Shown here: positions 1-7,788 of the stretch, in pieces
Numbering within the stretch: position 1 is the first letter of the stretch
How the letters are laid out: every line of letters starts with the position of its first letter
NCBI RefSeq assembly: GCF_009834025.1
Contig: NZ_CP047156.1
Coordinates: forward strand, 2,850,067 to 2,874,066
Origin: Epidermidibacterium keratini
Lineage (GTDB): Bacteria; Actinomycetota; Actinomycetes; Mycobacteriales; Antricoccaceae
Direction: 5' to 3'
DNA: 24,000 nt
Made by a program: the position numbers and the translations under genes
Notes under the pieces: model-generated
Told to the model about the DNA's origin: nothing
Seen by the model: only the letters and a program-made list of their open reading frames with translations
Database searches by the model: none

Positions 1-612
1 GTGCCCGAGCCTCGCCACTACTTCTCGCCCGACCCCGGCGTGGCCAGCGACCCGCGCGAGGTCGACGTACTGCTTGATGATGTGACGCTTACGTTGACCA
101 GCGACGCCGGGGTGTTTTCGCACGGCAAGCTGGACCGGGCGACGCGCATCCTGCTGGAGACCGCGCCGCCGCCTCCGCCGTTGGGGACGTTGCTCGACCT
201 CGGCAGTGGCTATGGGCCGATCGCGCTCACGCTCGCGTCCCGGTCGCCCAACGCGCGGGTGGTGGCGGTCGACGTCAACGAGCGGGCCGTGGAGTTGACA
301 CGGGCCAACGCCGAGCGCAACGGGCTTGCCAACGTGACCGCTTTAAGCCCCGGCGATGCTGATGACATCGCTGATATTGCCGCGATCTACTCCAACCCGC
401 CGATCAGGATCGGCAAGCGGGCGCTGCACGAGCTGTTGCAGCAGTGGCTGCCTCGGCTGGCGCCTGGGGGAGCGGCGTATCTCGTGGTCGGCAAGAACCT
501 CGGCGCTGACTCGCTCGCGTCGTGGCTTCGCGAGCAGGGGTACGACGTACTCCGGCTCGCCTCGCGAGGAAGCTTCCGGGTGCTAGAGGTACGCCGAACG
601 GAGAGCGCATGA
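1..612 (+). CDS. Class I SAM-dependent methyltransferase, RsmC/RlmG-like (true start may lie upstream of the window)
   Basis: ORF protein has SAM-binding LLDLGSGYGPIAL and catalytic SNPPIRIGK motifs typical of RsmC-like MTases; begins at window base 1 (GTG). Confidence 0.85.
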   Translation: MPEPRHYFSPDPGVASDPREVDVLLDDVTLTLTSDAGVFSHGKLDRATRILLETAPPPPPLGTLLDLGSGYGPIALTLASRSPNARVVAVDVNERAVELTRANAERNGLANVTALSPGDADDIADIAAIYSNPPIRIGKRALHELLQQWLPRLAPGGAAYLVVGKNLGADSLASWLREQGYDVLRLASRGSFRVLEVRRTESA

Positions 613-1163
613 GCCAGTTACGCGGGACCGAGCTGAAACGGCTGCATCGCGGGTGGAAGCGCTCCGACCCGCCGTCGCTGGCGTTGATCTTGGAGTCGGT
701 CGCATCGCCATGGAACGTCGGCGCGCTGGTGCGGACCGCAGCGGCTCTCGGCGTCGATCAGCTCTATCTAGTTGGCGACACGGCGTCGCCGCGCTCGCCG
801 AAGACGCAGAAGACCGCGCTCGGCACCGACCGCTACCTACGCTGGAGCGAGTACGCCGACGGCCCGGCCGCGATCGCTGCGGCGCAGGCCGATGGCTACT
901 TCGTCGTGGCCGTCGAGCTCGCCAGCGAGGCGGTGCCGATGCATCTGCTGGAGCTGGACCGGCCGGTCGCGTTGCTGCTCGGGCATGAGGACCGCGGCGT
1001 GACGGCAGCGTCACTGGAGGCCGCCGACGCGGTCGGGTTCTTGCCGCAGGTGGGCAAGGTCGGCTCGCTCAACGTCGCGACCGCCGCCTCGATCGCGATG
1101 TACGAGGCGCGCCGCCAGCACTGGGCCGCCCTGCCTGAGCCTCCCAGTCCCGCTGGTTCCTGA
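609..1163 (+). CDS. TrmH/SpoU-family tRNA/rRNA 2'-O-methyltransferase
   Basis: ATG at 609 overlaps the upstream TGA (ATGA). Protein MSQLRGTELKRLHRGWKRSDPPSLALILESVASPWNVGALVRTAAALGV... with SPxNVGALVRTA, LGHEDRGV and SLNVATAASIAMYE motifs of the SPOUT/TrmH fold. Confidence 0.88.
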   Translation: MSQLRGTELKRLHRGWKRSDPPSLALILESVASPWNVGALVRTAAALGVDQLYLVGDTASPRSPKTQKTALGTDRYLRWSEYADGPAAIAAAQADGYFVVAVELASEAVPMHLLELDRPVALLLGHEDRGVTAASLEAADAVGFLPQVGKVGSLNVATAASIAMYEARRQHWAALPEPPSPAGS

Positions 1164-1164
1164 G

Positions 1165-1761
1165 ATGCCCACACCCGAGGACATCACGCAGCACCACGAT
1201 GAGCCCGCGGTAGATCCTTGGGTCGGAGCGCCGCCGGTGGCTGAACCCATCGTGATCACTGAGTACGACGCGCGGTGGCCCGCGACGTTCGAGGCGGTTG
1301 AGGCCCGCATCCGAAATGCTCTTGGCAGTAAGGCTTTGCAAATCGAGCATGTCGGCTCGACGTCTGTGCCCGGGCTGGCTGCTAAGCCGGTCATCGACGT
1401 CGACGTGGTTGTCGCGGACTCGGCCCATGAGGCGGCGTACGTCCCGGCGCTCGAAGACTTCGGCTTTGCGCTACGGGTACGCGAGCCACAGTGGCACGAG
1501 CACCGCATGTTGCGCGGCGAAGATCCGCCGGTGAACCTGCACGTTTTTTCACCGGACTGTCCAGAGGTCATCCGCCATGTGATGTTTCGCGATTGGCTGC
1601 GCGAGCACCCTGACGACCGGGCGTCGTACGCCGAGATCAAGCGTGCGGCGGCTGCGGAGACCACAAGCGCAGGTGGCGTCGTGATGGACTACAACCGCCG
1701 CAAAGAGGCGGTCGTGCGCGAGATCTATGACCGGATGTTCACCGCTCACGGCCTGCGGTGA
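1165..1761 (+). CDS. GrpB family protein (UPF0157, nucleotidyltransferase-like)
   Basis: IVITEYDARWPATFEAVEARI...ALQIEHVGSTSVPGLAAKPVIDVDVVV...NLHVFS signature; starts 1 nt after the previous stop. Confidence 0.88.
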   Translation: MPTPEDITQHHDEPAVDPWVGAPPVAEPIVITEYDARWPATFEAVEARIRNALGSKALQIEHVGSTSVPGLAAKPVIDVDVVVADSAHEAAYVPALEDFGFALRVREPQWHEHRMLRGEDPPVNLHVFSPDCPEVIRHVMFRDWLREHPDDRASYAEIKRAAAAETTSAGGVVMDYNRRKEAVVREIYDRMFTAHGLR

Positions 1762-1781
1762 CGCTAGGTGACCCGAGAGGC

Positions 1782-2822
1782 TTACTCGCGGCCGGCGGAG
1801 ATCCAGTCGTCGCTGACGAAGGTCAGGTTGCGCGTGCCGGCGACCTGGTCGGCGACCGCGTCGAGCCGCGCGAGCTGGTCGTCACTGAGCACAAGTGCTG
1901 CGGCACCGGCATTCTCAGTGACCCGTTGCGGGCTGCGCGTGCCGGGAATCGGCACGACCGGCAGTCCCAGTCGGCGGCCCTGAGCGAGCAGCCAGGACAG
2001 CGCAACCTGCGCCGCCGTCGCGTCGCGCTCGGAGGCGACCTGCTCAATGACCGCGACCGCGCGCATGTTGACGTCATAGTTCTCGCCGTCGAAGCGCTCC
2101 TGGCCGGCGCGCACGTCGCTCGCGATCTGCTCGCGGGTCAGCTTGCCGGTCAAAAACCCACGCCCGAGCGGGGAGTAGGGCACGAATCCCACGCCCAGCT
2201 CCACGCACGTCGGCACGACGTTGCGCTCGACATCACGCGACCACAGCGACCACTCGCTTTGCACGGCGGCGATGGGGTGTACGCCGTGCGCCGCCCGCAG
2301 CTCAGGTCCGGTCACCTCGCTGAGTCCGAGATGGCGCACCTTGCCTTCGTCGACCAGCTCAGCCATCGCGCCGACGGTCTCCTCGATCGGTATGTCGAGA
2401 TCGCGGCGGTGCATGTAGTAGAGATCGATCACGTCGGTGCCCAGGCGTCGCAGCGACGCCTCGCACGCCGAGCGCACGTAGTCGCGGTCTCCCTGAGTCG
2501 TCTTTGCGTCTAGCTGCTCGCCGCCGAGCCGGCCGGTGATGCCGAACTTCGTCGCGAGCTGTATGTCGTCACGCCGCGTTGCCAGCAGCCCCGCGAGCAG
2601 CTCCTCGTTGGTGCCCGCCGGGCCGTCGGTGCCGGGCCGCGGCTGCCCGTAGACGTCGGCCGTATCGATGAAGCTCACGCCCACATCAAGGCAGTGCTCC
2701 AGCGTGCGCGGCGCCTGCTCGGGGTCGGTCTCTCCGTACACGTGGCTCAGCGCCATCGCGCCGAAACCGATCGCGCTCACCTCAAAACCAGGGACCAGCT
2801 CGGTCCGCGACATCTCACTCAT
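1782..2822 (-). CDS. Aldo/keto reductase
   Basis: GFGAMALSHVYG, DTADVYG, LGTDVIDLYYMHRRD, VPYSPLGRGFLTGKL and VVPIPGT motifs. Start could be 2822 or 2813. Confidence 0.9.
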   Translation of the reverse strand: MSEMSRTELVPGFEVSAIGFGAMALSHVYGETDPEQAPRTLEHCLDVGVSFIDTADVYGQPRPGTDGPAGTNEELLAGLLATRRDDIQLATKFGITGRLGGEQLDAKTTQGDRDYVRSACEASLRRLGTDVIDLYYMHRRDLDIPIEETVGAMAELVDEGKVRHLGLSEVTGPELRAAHGVHPIAAVQSEWSLWSRDVERNVVPTCVELGVGFVPYSPLGRGFLTGKLTREQIASDVRAGQERFDGENYDVNMRAVAVIEQVASERDATAAQVALSWLLAQGRRLGLPVVPIPGTRSPQRVTENAGAAALVLSDDQLARLDAVADQVAGTRNLTFVSDDWISAGRE

Positions 2823-3273
2823 TGTCGTCTTCCTCCATGCTCAGCCGGCGTTGCAGCCGGGCGGTCGCCTCGTCGACAGGGGCACCTTCGCAGTCCAGTC
2901 CGTCGTCGATCAGGCTTCGGTAGTGGGCGATCTTCGCCTCGATGGCATCCAGGTCGGCGAGCATCTCGCGCAGCCGCACGAGCACCTCCTCGCGGTGCTC
3001 GGTCAGCAGCGTCATGCGCTGCCCGTGGCTTACCGCGCCCTCGGCGACGAGCCGCACGAACTCGCGCATCGCCTTCACCGGCATGCCGGTACGGCGCAGC
3101 TTGACCAGCAACTCGACCATCCGGACGGATCGTTCGTCGTACACTCGGCGTCCTGCGCCGTCGCGGGGTACGGCGGGGATCAACCCCTCGGCCTCGTACC
3201 ACCGCAGCGTGTCTTTGCTCAGTCCGGTCTCGCGGGCCAGGTCGGCGATGCGAAGCGTTTCGGTGTCGTCCAT
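2815..3273 (-). CDS. MerR family transcriptional regulator
   Basis: MDDTETLRIADLARETGLSKDTLRWYEAEGLIPAVPRDGAGRRVYDERSVRMVELLVKLRRTGMPVKAMREFVRL is a MerR HTH; start chosen at ATG 3273 (MDDTET) rather than the TTG at 3306. Stop overlaps the reductase start. Confidence 0.9.
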   Translation of the reverse strand: MDDTETLRIADLARETGLSKDTLRWYEAEGLIPAVPRDGAGRRVYDERSVRMVELLVKLRRTGMPVKAMREFVRLVAEGAVSHGQRMTLLTEHREEVLVRLREMLADLDAIEAKIAHYRSLIDDGLDCEGAPVDEATARLQRRLSMEEDDNE

Positions 3274-3280
3274 GCGCTCA

Positions 3281-3311
3281 ACGCTAGGACTTGGAGTGCA
3301 CTCCAACGCAA
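3281..3311 (-). promoter_or_regulatory. Predicted MerR-type promoter/operator for the merR-aldo/keto reductase operon
   Basis: Perfect 16-bp palindrome TTGGAGTGCACTCCAA (3291-3306) inside a 19-nt spacer between TTGCGT (-35, 3306-3311) and TAGCGT (-10, 3281-3286), minus strand; -10 ends 7 nt before the ATG. Confidence 0.65.
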
Positions 3312-3339
3312 ATCAGCGCAGGTGCGATCTAGGCCACAC

Positions 3340-4893
3340 TCAGTTCCAGGTGGTCAGCCACATGCGCAACGCACGCTCGGCTTCGGTCAGCGGCGTGCCG
3401 TTGAGCACCGGCAGGAAGAAGCCGAACAGCACGATCACCAGCGCAAGGTAGATCGCCACGGCTCCGGCGCCGATCTGGCGTCGCTCGCGGGAGTCGCTCG
3501 GCTTGCCGAGCACGTCTTGCAGCGCAAGGCAGACCGCGATGATGAAGAACGGCACGACCGGCGCCATGTAGAACATGAACATCGTGCGCTCGGTGTCGAT
3601 GAACCACACGACCCACCCGGCGACGATGCCCGCGATCGCAGCGCCGGCCACCCAGTCGCGCCGGCTCAGTAGCCGCCAGATCGCCCACAGCAGCGCCGGA
3701 GCAAACGCCCACCACAGCGCCGGAGTGCCGATCATCGTGATCGTGCGGGTGAGGTTCTGACCGGCCTCGACGTACTGGTCGTTGACCATCAGCACCGGGC
3801 GCCCGCCGACGATCCACGACCAGGGGTGGGAGTCCCACGGGTGCGGGCTGGTCAGCGTCGTGTGGAAGCCCCACCACTCGACGTGCATGTGCCACAGCGC
3901 GCGGATCGCCTCGGGAATCCACGGCCACGCGGTGTCCCGGCCTTCGGCCCAGTGCCGTCCTTGCGCGGTTTCCCCGGCGTACCAGCCAATCCAGCTCACC
4001 AGGTAGGTCAGGATCGGGACGATGCCCAGGTCCCAGAACGCGGTCGGCAGCGAGCGGCGCAAGGCCACGAGGTACGGCGCCCGCAGTCCGACCAGGCGAT
4101 AGGCACCGACGTCCCACCACACGCACAGGATTGCAAATATGGCCAGGAAGTAGAGCCCGCTCCACTTGACCGAGCAGGCAAGCCCGAACGTGATGCCGGC
4201 GGCCAGGCGCCACCATCGAAATCCCAGACGCGGACCCCAGCGACCCCAGTGCTCGGAGCCGGCCGAGTACGCCGCCGCGAGGCGGGCGCGGAACTGGTCG
4301 CGGTCCAGCACCAGGAAGACGAAGCCGAGCAGCACCCAGAACTGCAGGTAGATGTCCAAGATCCCGGTGCGGCTGAGGGCAAACGAGAACCCATCGGCGG
4401 CAAGCAGGATCCCGGCGGCGAGTCCGATAAAGCTGGAGCGGGTGAGGCGGCGTACGACGAACATCAGCAGCAGGATCGCGCCGACCCCCATCGTGACGCC
4501 GGCGATCCGCCAGCCAAACGGCGTGTAGCCAAACAGCCACTCGCCGATCGCCAGGTTCCACTTGCCGAACGGCGGGTGGACGATGAAGTAGTAGGCGCGG
4601 TTTTCCTCGAAGCCGTAGCGCAGCATCTGCTCGGCCTCGGGCACGTAGTAGGCCTCATCGAAGACCAGCCGATCCGGCCAGCTTAGGTTGAGCATCCGCA
4701 CCAGGGCGGCGGCGCCGGCGATCAACACCGCGAACGCCCACATCAGCATGCTGTCGCGCGGCATCGGCGGGTTGAGGCGACGTACGACGGCTTCGCGTCG
4801 ACGCTGCTCCGCCTCGAGGACCGCATCGTCGGCGGGCTCGACCTCGGCGGGCTCGTCGCGCAAGGTGACTGCCGTGTCGTCCTTTACCGTCAC
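3340..4893 (-). CDS. Dolichyl-phosphate-mannose--protein mannosyltransferase (Pmt family, multipass membrane)
   Basis: VFDEAYYVPEAEQML, VHPPFGKWNLAIGEWLFG, RTGILDIYLQFW, CSVKWSGLYFLAIFAI and SHPWSWIVGGRPV are characteristic of actinobacterial Pmt. Start taken at GTG 4893 (VTVKDDTAV...); the 104 aa before it in the ORF read into the rsmI region. Confidence 0.88.
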   Translation of the reverse strand: MTVKDDTAVTLRDEPAEVEPADDAVLEAEQRRREAVVRRLNPPMPRDSMLMWAFAVLIAGAAALVRMLNLSWPDRLVFDEAYYVPEAEQMLRYGFEENRAYYFIVHPPFGKWNLAIGEWLFGYTPFGWRIAGVTMGVGAILLLMFVVRRLTRSSFIGLAAGILLAADGFSFALSRTGILDIYLQFWVLLGFVFLVLDRDQFRARLAAAYSAGSEHWGRWGPRLGFRWWRLAAGITFGLACSVKWSGLYFLAIFAILCVWWDVGAYRLVGLRAPYLVALRRSLPTAFWDLGIVPILTYLVSWIGWYAGETAQGRHWAEGRDTAWPWIPEAIRALWHMHVEWWGFHTTLTSPHPWDSHPWSWIVGGRPVLMVNDQYVEAGQNLTRTITMIGTPALWWAFAPALLWAIWRLLSRRDWVAGAAIAGIVAGWVVWFIDTERTMFMFYMAPVVPFFIIAVCLALQDVLGKPSDSRERRQIGAGAVAIYLALVIVLFGFFLPVLNGTPLTEAERALRMWLTTWN

Positions 4894-4956
4894 ACTTCCC
4901 CCGTGCGCGCATGGCAGGTGGTCGGGCAGGTCATTGCTCGATCGTAGGCTGAGGCG

Positions 4957-5850
4957 GTGAGCGAGCGAGAACGTGACCAGGAGATCGGCGCGGCGGGTGC
5001 GACGAGTGCGCCGTGGCCGGTGCCCGCGGGGACGCTGGTGCTGGCCGGTACGCCGCTGGGCAACCCCGGCGATGCGACCGACCGGCTGCGCTCCGCAATC
5101 GCTGACGCCGACGTGATCGCCGCGGAGGACACCCGGCGCCTCGGTCGGCTCGCCCGCGACCTCGGCGTGCGCTACGAAGGCCGCATCGTGTCCTACTACG
5201 AGCAAAACGAGGCCGACCGCACCCCCGAGCTGGTTGCTGCCCTGCGCGGCGGTTCCTCGGTGCTGCTGGTGACCGACGCCGGCATGCCGTCGGTGTCCGA
5301 CCCCGGATATCGCCTGGTCACCGCCGCGATCGAGGCGGGCGTGCCGGTGACCTGCCTGCCCGGACCGTCGGCGGTGACCGTCGCGTTAGCGCTCAGCGGG
5401 CTGCCCAGCGACCGGTTCTGCTTCGAGGGGTTCCTCGCGCGCAAACCGGGGGAGCGAGCCCGTCAGCTCGCCGAGCTCGCCACCGAACGCCGCACGATGG
5501 TCTTCTTCGAGGCGCCGCACCGGATCGCCGCGATGCTGGCCGCCGCCAGCGACGCCTTCGGCCCCGAGCGGCAAGCTGCGGTGTGCCGCGAGCTCACCAA
5601 GACCTATGAGGAGGTACGCCGCGGGACGCTTGACGAATTGCGCGAGTGGGCCGAGGGGGAGGTGCGCGGCGAGCTGACGATCGTGGTCGAAGGTGCCGCT
5701 CGGGTCGCGACCGCGTACTCCGATGACGAGCTGCGCGCCCTCGTGCAGGCCGAGGTCGACCGCGGCGCGCGCAAGTCCGATGCCGTGCGGCTGGTTGCCA
5801 CGACCACCGACCAGCCGCGCCGCCGGGTCTACGACGCCTATCACCGCTGA
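4957..5850 (+). CDS. rsmI: 16S rRNA (cytidine(1402)-2'-O)-methyltransferase
   Basis: LVLAGTPLGNPGDATDRL, IAAEDTRR, YYEQNEADRTPELV, LLVTDAGMPSVSDPGYRLVTAAIEAGVPVTCLPGPSAV, FEGFLARKPGERARQL. Confidence 0.93.
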   Translation: MSERERDQEIGAAGATSAPWPVPAGTLVLAGTPLGNPGDATDRLRSAIADADVIAAEDTRRLGRLARDLGVRYEGRIVSYYEQNEADRTPELVAALRGGSSVLLVTDAGMPSVSDPGYRLVTAAIEAGVPVTCLPGPSAVTVALALSGLPSDRFCFEGFLARKPGERARQLAELATERRTMVFFEAPHRIAAMLAAASDAFGPERQAAVCRELTKTYEEVRRGTLDELREWAEGEVRGELTIVVEGAARVATAYSDDELRALVQAEVDRGARKSDAVRLVATTTDQPRRRVYDAYHR

Positions 5851-7193
5851 GTCGGGATCCGCGTCGCGACGATGATGCCGATCGCGATGATCGCGCTGAT
5901 CCCGGCAAAGCCGACCGCGGCGGGGCTCTGAGTGCTCGCGGTCAGGCTGACGAGTACGGCGAGCCCGATCGCGCCGCCGAGCTGCTGACCGGTGGTCGCG
6001 ATCCCGCCGACCGTGCCTTGCTCGTCATCGGCCGCGCCGGTCGATGCGGTCGCAAACATCGCGGTGAAGGTGATGCCCTGTCCGACGCTGAAGACGAACG
6101 CCAGCGCCAGCAATGCGATCCAGCCGATCGAGTCGGTCAGCGTGAGCGCGAGGACGAGGGTCCCGACGAGCCCGATGCCCTGACCGACGAGCATCGCGCG
6201 GCGCAGGCTCGATGTCGCAAGGCGGCCGCCGACCTGGGTGCCGATCAACACCGCCACGCACGGGACGACAAACGCAAGTCCCGTCTGCATCGCGCTGAGC
6301 CCGCGCACGTTTTGCAGATAGAGCGTCAGGAAGTAGGCGCTGGCCCCGAACCCGGCCATGAACAAGAAGGTCGAGGCGGTGCCGGTGGCCAGGTAGCGGT
6401 TGGTGAACCGGCGCAGGTCAAAGATCGGGTGGGCGGTTCGCCGCTCGACCGCGAGCAGCACGACGACAGCGACGACGAAGGCAGCAAGCGTGCCGATGGT
6501 CGCGGCGCTCGCCCAACCGTCCTGCGCGGCGAGGGTCAGGCCCAGGACGGCGAGTACGGCGCTCGCCGTTGTCAGCACCGCGCCCGGCAGGTCGAGGCGC
6601 TGCGGGGCCGGCCGCGGGTCGCGTGGGATGGAGGCCACTGCGAGCGCGATGACAACGGCGGCGAGCGGCAGGTTGACCAGGAAGACCGCGCGCCAGCCCC
6701 ATACGTCGGCGAGGACGCCGCCGAGGATCGAGCCGAGCACCATGCCGGACGAGCCGGCGGCACCCCAAATCCCGAGCGCGCGGTTGCGCTCGCGGCCTTC
6801 GGCAAAGGTCGCGCCGATCAGTGCCAGCGTCGCCGGGGCGAGCGTGGCGCCGCCGAGCCCCTAGATCGCGCGGCCACCGATGAGCATCGCTTCGTTGGCC
6901 GCGAGCCCGCCGATCACCGACCCGACGGCGTACAACGATGCTCCGGTCAGGAACATCCGGCGGCGACCCAGGTAGTCGACGAGCCGCCCGCCCAGCAGCA
7001 GGAAACCGCCGAAGCCGATCGCGTAGCTGCTGATCACCCACTGCAGCGCCGCGTCGCTAAAGCCGAGCTGCTGAATCTGCGGAAGGGCGACAAACACGAT
7101 GTTGTAGTCGATGCCGATCAGCATCTGGGCTAGGGCCACAGAGGCGAGCAGTACGCCGGTGTGCCGCACTGCAGCCGCGTGGGTGGTAGGCAT
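5841..7193 (-). pseudogene. MFS transporter (DHA2/EmrB-QacA-like) interrupted by an in-frame TAG
   Basis: ORFs 6861..7193 and 5841..6743 are in the same frame, separated by an amber codon (6861-6863) followed by GLGGATLAPATLALIGATFAEGRERNRALGIWGAAGSSGM. Conceptual translation is a continuous ~450-aa MFS protein with ...GRAI*GLGG... in place of the family consensus RxxQGxGa. Confidence 0.75.
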
Positions 7194-7210
7194 CAGCCAT
7201 CTCCAAGTAG

Positions 7211-7252
7211 TCCGAGTTTGAATATTACAAGTTCGGACAATAACAAGTCGGA
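7211..7252. promoter_or_regulatory. Candidate operator cluster in the marR/MFS divergent promoter region
   Basis: Three related half-sites: TCCGAGTTTG (7211-7220), ACAAGTTCGGA (7227-7237) and ACAAGTCGGA (7243-7252); the first two form an inverted repeat around an AT-rich centre. Confidence 0.55.
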
Positions 7253-7275
7253 GTATCTGTGGCTAGACTTGGGGC

Positions 7276-7734
7276 GTGGTGAAGTCTGAGGAATCTGCCG
7301 TCGACCTGGTGAGCCAGCAGGAGCTGTGCGGGCTGTTGGCGCGGCTTAACCAGCGCCTGGATCACCATGTGCGGCGGGTGGGAGAGCAGCTCGGAATTAC
7401 CAGCTCTCAGGTGGTCGCGTTGCGCGAGCTGTCCGAGCCGATGAAGCTCACCGAGCTGGCGACGCGGATGGCTTGTGAGACCTCCAACGCCGGCTATGTC
7501 GTCGACCGGATGACCGAGCAGGACCTCGTGACGCGTACGCCGCATCCGTCGGATCGGCGTGCGAAGATCCTCACCCTCACCAAAGCGGGGCAGCAGTGCC
7601 GAGCCAACGTGCTGGCCGCTCTGCAGCAGAACTCGCCGACCGCGGTGCTCAGCGCGAGCGACGCCGCGCAGCTGCGCGACCTGCTCGGCCGTGCAGTCGA
7701 CTCCGAGGCAGCAATCGGCTCCGCGAACGAATAG
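7276..7734 (+). CDS. MarR family transcriptional regulator
   Basis: QLGITSSQVVALRELSEPMKLTELATRMACETSNAGYVVDRMTEQDLVTRTPHPSDRRAKILTLTKAG is a canonical MarR winged HTH; divergent from the MFS gene. Confidence 0.92.
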   Translation: MVKSEESAVDLVSQQELCGLLARLNQRLDHHVRRVGEQLGITSSQVVALRELSEPMKLTELATRMACETSNAGYVVDRMTEQDLVTRTPHPSDRRAKILTLTKAGQQCRANVLAALQQNSPTAVLSASDAAQLRDLLGRAVDSEAAIGSANE

Positions 7735-7772
7735 GAGCGAAAGTCGTTGTGCTCAACGACTTTCGCTCCTAT
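7731..7772. terminator. Likely bidirectional terminator between convergent genes
   Basis: Perfect 19-bp inverted repeat ATAGGAGCGAAAGTCGTTG / CAACGACTTTCGCTCCTAT with a 4-nt loop (tgct), between the marR and symporter 3' ends; no long T-tract. Confidence 0.65.
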
Positions 7773-7788
7773 CTAAGCGATGTGTGCC

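Noticed and set aside
3329-4561. 410-aa minus-strand ORF overlapping the mannosyltransferase
   Set aside because: Arg/His/Pro-rich alternative frame; the 3340..4893 frame has clear Pmt motifs and membrane segments.
4894-5205. N-terminal 104 aa extension of the mannosyltransferase ORF
   Set aside because: It lies antisense to rsmI and lacks homologous character; a GTG start at 4893 gives a sensible N-terminus.
6018-7133. 371-aa plus-strand ORF antisense to the MFS gene
   Set aside because: Asp/His/Arg-rich spurious frame. Its openness through the amber site does not make it real; the MFS translation on the other strand is coherent.
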